A stretch of 63,681 nucleotides of DNA, filler included, from an uncultured Methanosarcinales archaeon (GTDB lineage Archaea > Nanobdellota > Nanobdellia > Woesearchaeales > GW2011-AR9), in the NCBI GenBank assembly GCA_964434885.1. It is 5 parts of 5 records of this genome, joined end to end, with 100 filler letters (N's around TTAATTAATTAA, not from the genome) between each part and the next. Parts side by side here need not be neighbours in the genome. Positions count along the whole stretch, not along the records: positions 51,676 to 63,681 come from CAYSWQ010000030.1; 4 more parts are not named here. One strand, 5' to 3'. Position numbers and translations under genes: made by a program. Of the stretch, positions 58,495 through 63,681 are shown piece after piece; within the stretch, counting starts at the first letter, position 1, and the number at the start of each line of letters is the position of its first letter. The notes beneath the pieces are model-generated. The model saw only the letters and a list, made by a program, of their open reading frames with translations, was not told where the DNA came from and did no database searches.

Positions 58495-59435
58495 GCAATA
58501 ATTCTTAAATTATAATTAAATTGAGGCAAAAGATTAGCTGCTTGAATTGTTAATGGGTCATCTAATGTTTTGGTAAATTTTTCCAATTCTTCTCTTTTTT
58601 CAGAATATTTTCTTAAGAATTCGTGGATTTCAGGTAAAGATTTATTATGGATGGCATTCATGAGATTTTGATAATTTTTTAATAATTTAGCGACTTTCTT
58701 TTGAAATAATTTCATGTCTTTTCTTTTACAATCTAAAAAAAGAAATAATTGACCTAAATCTCTTAAAATTAAAGAGATATTCATAAACGCCTGAGAATAA
58801 GTCTGTTCTTTAAAAATTCTTAAATGATTAGTATGGATGCTTTTCATTAACTGTGGATGTTCTAAAAGTTTAAGAATGCTTTTTTTAGTGAGAATAAATA
58901 ATCTTCTATTCTGTTCATTTAATTTTTGTAATTCGAAAAAATCTTCTTGAGAAAAATTACCTTTGAAAAATAATTGTAATTGTTCAAAACAGGCACGATT
59001 GATTATATCCATTTTTTTTACTAAAATAAAAGGAGAAGTTTCATTATCTAAAGTGAAGAAGTTTTTTACAACAATGCTATTGGTACTTTGTTCGATAACA
59101 TCTAATCCAATGAATGATCTTACTTTTTCTAAAATTTGACTAGTTTTAGGAACAATTTCTTTTCCCTCAAAAACAATCGAAGCTGCGTCTCTAATATATG
59201 CTGTTAAGAATTCCAAATCCATGGTGGCATTATCTTTATTATCTACTTTAATAGTTACGTATTTTGGTCGACTAATGGTTCTTCGGACAGCGGAAAGGAT
59301 TAAATCTCCTTGTTCATTTTCTAAAACAGTAACTAATTTACCTGTTTTGAGATTGTTCTTTCTCACCCAATTAATTGGAAGAGAGAGAATAAAGCTAGTA
59401 TTTCCAGATTTGACTATCTTTCTAGTTTCAGGCAT
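58476..59435 (-). CDS. AbrB-like plus PhoU-like regulator
   Basis: RKI..SG.TS.I.SLP..WV....L..G N-terminus followed by helical repeats. Confidence 0.8.
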   Translation of the reverse strand: MPETRKIVKSGNTSFILSLPINWVRKNNLKTGKLVTVLENEQGDLILSAVRRTISRPKYVTIKVDNKDNATMDLEFLTAYIRDAASIVFEGKEIVPKTSQILEKVRSFIGLDVIEQSTNSIVVKNFFTLDNETSPFILVKKMDIINRACFEQLQLFFKGNFSQEDFFELQKLNEQNRRLFILTKKSILKLLEHPQLMKSIHTNHLRIFKEQTYSQAFMNISLILRDLGQLFLFLDCKRKDMKLFQKKVAKLLKNYQNLMNAIHNKSLPEIHEFLRKYSEKREELEKFTKTLDDPLTIQAANLLPQFNYNLRIIAYESLI

Positions 59436-59509
59436 AAGTATATAAGATATGTACTAGTATAAAAATATATCGGTTAGGTATATATTTTTCCAAGTATTAC
59501 TAATATAAA

Positions 59510-59836
59510 ATGGTGCCTTCACAGATACAATTGGAATTGGATTGTTCTCAAGTTGGTGATTTTAATGAATTTGTTGAGTTTCATGGGAAGGTTGATAGTT
59601 TTCAGAAAAGTGAAAATTTGTTTTTCTTAGATTTAGTTGATCAAGAAGTAGAGGAATATAATGCTTTTCTGAAAGGGTTGAAAGAGATATATGAAGTTAG
59701 TAAACTAAAAGAAGTTAGTTTGTGTCAAGCAAAATGTAAGAATGGAAGTAAGTGTTTGAATCATGTTCAGGCAGAAGGTTGTTGTTGGAAACATGTTAAA
59801 GATATACAAAAAATTAATATATTAAATAGTATTTAA
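59510..59836 (+). CDS. Small protein with C-terminal C-C-C-H zinc-finger-like motif
   Basis: CQA..K.G..C.......C..H. Confidence 0.65.
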   Translation: MVPSQIQLELDCSQVGDFNEFVEFHGKVDSFQKSENLFFLDLVDQEVEEYNAFLKGLKEIYEVSKLKEVSLCQAKCKNGSKCLNHVQAEGCCWKHVKDIQKINILNSI

Positions 59837-59846
59837 TACTGATGGG

Positions 59847-61322
59847 GTGGTCAAGTTAGGAAGAAATATAACTTTGTTGGTTATTTTACTTTTTCTATTA
59901 ACACCTATTTCATTTGCTGCTAATTTTAATTTTCAATATGATAATAATGGGAATATCTTAAAAGATATGTATAACTTATACAAATATGATTCTTTTAATC
60001 ATTTAATTAAAGTTTATGATCTGAATAAGAAACTGATTGAAGAATATGTTTATGACCATGAAGGCAATAGAATTAAAAAAATTGAATATTTGAATTCGGG
60101 GAAAAAGATAACTTATTATCCAGATAAAAGTTTAGTAAGAGAAGTAGTTGGTTCTAATAAGAAAGACACAGTTTATTATTATGATGATGGTGGGATTTTA
60201 TTAGCTCGTAAAGACCCAGATGGTAAAAAATACTATTACCACCCAGATCATTTGGGAAGTACTACTTTAATTACTGATAGTTCAGGTAATAAAGTTGAAG
60301 AAACCTCTTATTTACCTTATGGAGATGTTTTAGCAGGAGGTAAAAAAAGTAAGTTTTTGTATACTGGTAAAGAAAAAGATAGTACTGGGTTGACTTATTT
60401 TGGGGCAAGGTATTATAATCCTGTTTTGAGACAATTTACACAACCAGATAGTTTGATACAAGATATTTATGATCCTCAAGCTTTGAATCGATATGCTTAT
60501 GCAAGAAACAACCCTTATACATATAAGGATGCCGATGGTAATTTGTTTTTTCTGGCGGCGGCTGCCTGGGCCATTGGTGGAGCAGTTGTTAGTGCTGGTG
60601 CCAATATGGTTTCCCAAATTTATAATAGTGGAGCTTCAATGTTTGATGGAAGTATGAATTGGGGTTCTGTTGGAGTTAGTTCTGCAGCAGGTGGGGTTGG
60701 AGGTTTAGTAGGTGGAATTGGTTATCAGGTTTTTTCAACTGCAGCTTCTGCGACTTTGGGTTCTGGAATAATTAGTTCCACATCAACATTAATCCCCACA
60801 TTAACTATGGCTTCAGTAGGAGAGCAAGCTACTTCTAATTTATTTTCAGGTAATTCCATAACGAACAATGTTTTTGATAGTGCAATTAGTGGAGCAGAGA
60901 CAGGTGCTATTGTTGGGTTAGGAGCAGGAGCGTTAGGAAGAATTAGTAATGTAGCTAGTAAAACAAGCCAATCTTATAGTTTAACTAATGGAAATGTCCA
61001 AATGTTCCCTTTAAAACACTTATATGGAAAACATACTTTGGACAAGAATTTAATTATGACTCCTGAAAAAATTTCAGCAGGCAAAATTAAACCTCCTGCC
61101 AGAATATATAATTACGAAGGGAGATTAATAATTGATGATGGACAAGGTAGGACTGGAAGATATGCATTGCGAACTAGCAAGAATGTGGCTCCAGGTCAAA
61201 TTATGAATCCTTCTCCTAATGACATTAGGGGGTGGGAGTGGGGAAGATATTTGTGGCATAGTAATAACAATAAAAATTATCGAATGGATTTGTTAGTTGA
61301 AAAAATGAGAAAACAAAAATGA
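59847..61322 (+). CDS. Secreted RHS-core protein with Gly/Ala-rich hydrophobic linker and C-terminal putative toxin domain
   Basis: Signal peptide; YD repeats; YH.DHLGS, YTGKE.D..GL.YFGARYY.P and LN.Y.YA.NNP....D.DG. Confidence 0.92.
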   Translation: MVKLGRNITLLVILLFLLTPISFAANFNFQYDNNGNILKDMYNLYKYDSFNHLIKVYDLNKKLIEEYVYDHEGNRIKKIEYLNSGKKITYYPDKSLVREVVGSNKKDTVYYYDDGGILLARKDPDGKKYYYHPDHLGSTTLITDSSGNKVEETSYLPYGDVLAGGKKSKFLYTGKEKDSTGLTYFGARYYNPVLRQFTQPDSLIQDIYDPQALNRYAYARNNPYTYKDADGNLFFLAAAAWAIGGAVVSAGANMVSQIYNSGASMFDGSMNWGSVGVSSAAGGVGGLVGGIGYQVFSTAASATLGSGIISSTSTLIPTLTMASVGEQATSNLFSGNSITNNVFDSAISGAETGAIVGLGAGALGRISNVASKTSQSYSLTNGNVQMFPLKHLYGKHTLDKNLIMTPEKISAGKIKPPARIYNYEGRLIIDDGQGRTGRYALRTSKNVAPGQIMNPSPNDIRGWEWGRYLWHSNNNKNYRMDLLVEKMRKQK

Positions 61323-61681
61323 ATAAATGTGTTGAATGTGGAAGTAGTAATCTAGTCAAAGAAAGAATAGGCCAGTCGGATGAAAAAAGAGTAATCTGCA
61401 AGGATTGTGGCTTATTGCAGATAAAAAAAGAAGAATATTTATTGAGTATAAATAAAGAAAAAGAGAAAATCAGATTTTACAAAATAATGAGGACTAACCA
61501 AATAAAACAACTATTATCCAAATATAAAGAAGGAAAAATAATTTTAGATATTATTGATAAAATAGATGATGAATATCAAGGAGGATTGATGGTTAGTTTC
61601 TCTAAGTTTGAAGAGTATTTAGAAAAACATGATCTTGAAAAAGAATACCTGAAAATTTTGAGGGAATTGAATGAAAAATAA
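61319..61681 (+). CDS. Candidate immunity protein with N-terminal zinc ribbon
   Basis: ATGA-coupled to the RHS gene; C..CGS...C..CG. Confidence 0.6.
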   Translation: MNKCVECGSSNLVKERIGQSDEKRVICKDCGLLQIKKEEYLLSINKEKEKIRFYKIMRTNQIKQLLSKYKEGKIILDIIDKIDDEYQGGLMVSFSKFEEYLEKHDLEKEYLKILRELNEK

Positions 61682-63681
61682 AATAATTATTGGAGTTGTA
61701 TTATTCTTTTTAGGAATTGTGGCTTTCTCATCAGCTGATCCTTTAGAAAACTTAAAACTAATTTCACAAGGACAATATCAAACTGATTTGTTTTCTGGGG
61801 CAGCGACATATTCTTATCCACTTATTGTTCCGCCAGGTGTTAATGGGTTGGAGCCGAAATTATTTGTTTCTTATAATCATCATGCAACTAATTCTCAGCC
61901 AACTCTTTTTGGGAATAGTTGGAATCTAAATCACAATCGGATAATTAGACATACTAGCCATACTCGTTCTAACACTGCGGATGATTATCACATCTTACAA
62001 TTAGATGGATTAAGTTCAAAATTGGTTTATGTTGCTAGTGAAGGAAGATACCATACAGAAATTGAATCTTATTTACACATCAAAAAGAAAACAGGTGGTA
62101 ACAACCAGAAAAAAGAATATTGGGAAGTCAAGAAAAAAGATGGGACCACATATCGTTTTGGATATAATCAAGATTCAGAATTAGTTTCTAACTTAGAAAA
62201 TTATGTGGTACAATGGAGTCTAGATTCTGTAAAAGATACTCACAACAATGAAATTAAATATGCTTATGTGGAAAATCTAGGAACTAGTCAAGGAGTAGCT
62301 TATCCTTACAAAATCACTTATGGTCAAAACATAATTGATTTTAGTTATAATTCTAACAAACTAAAAGAAAGAGATCTTTACCAACTTGGGAACAAAGTTA
62401 AAAGATCATTAATTATTGAAAAAATTAATATTAAGAATCAAAATAAATTAGTTCGTAGATATGACTTCACTTTTACTTCAAAAGGAGAAAATATTTTTAT
62501 ACAAAAAATTAGGCAGTTTGATTCGAAAAGTGTTACATCAATGGATACTATTTTTGATTATTATCCAGAAGTTAAAGGTTGGAGTTTAGATAGTAAGTGG
62601 CAAATTCCAAGTGATGCTTATTTTGGGACAGACAAAGACCAAGGTACTCGTATGTTTGATGTTGATGGTGATGGAAAGGTTGATATTACTAAGATGAAAG
62701 ACACTAGTACTCTTTCTTATTGGCAGAATAAAGGTTCTGGTTGGAATGCTAAGCAAACACAGAGTAGTTCATTTACAGGAGGTTTTGTAGATAGTAATGG
62801 AGTTGATAATGGGGTGAGGTTTGTTGATATCAATGGAGATACTAAAATAGATATGTTAAAAATTTCTTCTGGAACTGGGGCAGAAAAGAAATTGATGGTT
62901 AATTTAGGCAATGGTTGGAAATCTCAGTTACCAAGTTTACCTTCAGAAGTTAGTTTTGTGGAAAAGACTAAGAAATCAATTTTAGTTGGTAATACTGGGT
63001 ATTATGAACCTTGTAAAATATATTCTTGTTCGTATTGTACAGGTTCAAAAAAAGTTTGTGATCCTAGTGCCAAAGAATGTTATGTTAAATGTACTAGATA
63101 CTATTGTTGGGATTATTATGGAATTACAGATCTTGTTTGTTCTCCTTCATCATGTCCTTCTGGAACAACATCAGTACAAAAGAAAACCACAACAAAAACA
63201 TGTACTATGAATTATGTTTCTAAACCAACCTACAAAACCGTCGATATTGCTGTGGACAAAGGTTATAGATTGGCAGACGTTAATGGTGATGGGAAAATTG
63301 ATATTATTAAAGGAACTCCAACTGATCGGAAAACTTGGATTAATAAAGGTAGTTCTTGGAGTGTTGATAGTAATTGGCAAATTCCTAGTGGGTCTCATTT
63401 TGTAGATAAAGATGGAAAAGACCAAGGAATTAGATTAGCAGATGTTAATGGTGATGGAAGAGTTGATATAATTCAAGGAAAAGATAATGCCCAGGCTACT
63501 TGGCTTAATAGCGGAAAAGGATGGGTATTGGATACTAATTGGAAACTACCCACTGGAATGGTTTTTATCAAAAACGATAATCGACAAGGTGTTGTTTTTG
63601 CAGACATTAACAAAGATGGGTTGGTTGATTTTGTACATGCCAAAGGATCAACTGGTGTAAGTTGGATTAATAAAGGGAAAG
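61671..63681 (+). CDS. Secreted SpvB/TcB-like protein with FG-GAP repeats; partial, runs off the window end
   Basis: MKNKIIIGVVLFFLG signal peptide, TDLFSGAA.YSYPL.VPPG..GLEP.L...Y, repeated D.NGDG..D motifs and a Cys-rich insert. Confidence 0.88.
   Translation, partial: MKNKIIIGVVLFFLGIVAFSSADPLENLKLISQGQYQTDLFSGAATYSYPLIVPPGVNGLEPKLFVSYNHHATNSQPTLFGNSWNLNHNRIIRHTSHTRSNTADDYHILQLDGLSSKLVYVASEGRYHTEIESYLHIKKKTGGNNQKKEYWEVKKKDGTTYRFGYNQDSELVSNLENYVVQWSLDSVKDTHNNEIKYAYVENLGTSQGVAYPYKITYGQNIIDFSYNSNKLKERDLYQLGNKVKRSLIIEKINIKNQNKLVRRYDFTFTSKGENIFIQKIRQFDSKSVTSMDTIFDYYPEVKGWSLDSKWQIPSDAYFGTDKDQGTRMFDVDGDGKVDITKMKDTSTLSYWQNKGSGWNAKQTQSSSFTGGFVDSNGVDNGVRFVDINGDTKIDMLKISSGTGAEKKLMVNLGNGWKSQLPSLPSEVSFVEKTKKSILVGNTGYYEPCKIYSCSYCTGSKKVCDPSAKECYVKCTRYYCWDYYGITDLVCSPSSCPSGTTSVQKKTTTKTCTMNYVSKPTYKTVDIAVDKGYRLADVNGDGKIDIIKGTPTDRKTWINKGSSWSVDSNWQIPSGSHFVDKDGKDQGIRLADVNGDGRVDIIQGKDNAQATWLNSGKGWVLDTNWKLPTGMVFIKNDNRQGVVFADINKDGLVDFVHAKGSTGVSWINKGK

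Noticed and set aside
62717..63425. Four short ORFs near the window end
   Set aside because: They are off-frame or antisense to the long SpvB/FG-GAP gene starting at 61671.

Overview
This is an AT-rich archaeal window with split RNA polymerase A'/A'', L30e, L15e, archaeal NusA, intron-containing tRNAs and RGQ-type class III signal peptides. It most resembles a DPANN/Woesearchaeota-type genome (inference). It is a concatenation of contigs joined by four 100-nt N spacers carrying an artificial TTAATTAATTAA linker, plus one 10-N gap. Two contig ends (26526 and 51676) overlap by 23 nt and reconstitute a split gene. Housekeeping content includes rpoA'/A'', rpoL, nusA, rpl30e, rpl15e, asnS, cmk, an FKBP PPIase, PAC2, an intein-bearing AMP phosphorylase and five tRNAs. 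The most notable signals are: (1) two adjacent regulator-linked operons with extreme amino-acid avoidance, an AsnC-linked asnA operon with 0 Asn in 546 aa and an ACT-regulator-linked SMR/radical SAM/EgtD-like operon with 5 Lys in 743 aa, the latter a candidate unknown lysine-limitation pathway; (2) a probable box C/D guide RNA inside the tRNA-Arg(CCU) intron with guides matching 23S domain V; (3) a two-intron tRNA-Ile(UAU); (4) a carbamoyltransferase/KsgA-like/GT2/QueC-like cluster next to QueD and FolE2; (5) a leader peptide, a 51-aa peptide and a radical SAM/SPASM enzyme forming a RiPP-like locus; (6) a RelA/SpoT-like synthetase, a peptidoglycan amidase and a split RHS/SpvB-like toxin system; (7) a small tyrosine recombinase module between 118-bp direct repeats, and tRNA-linked repeats. 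All calls come from reading the sequence by eye; no searches were run.
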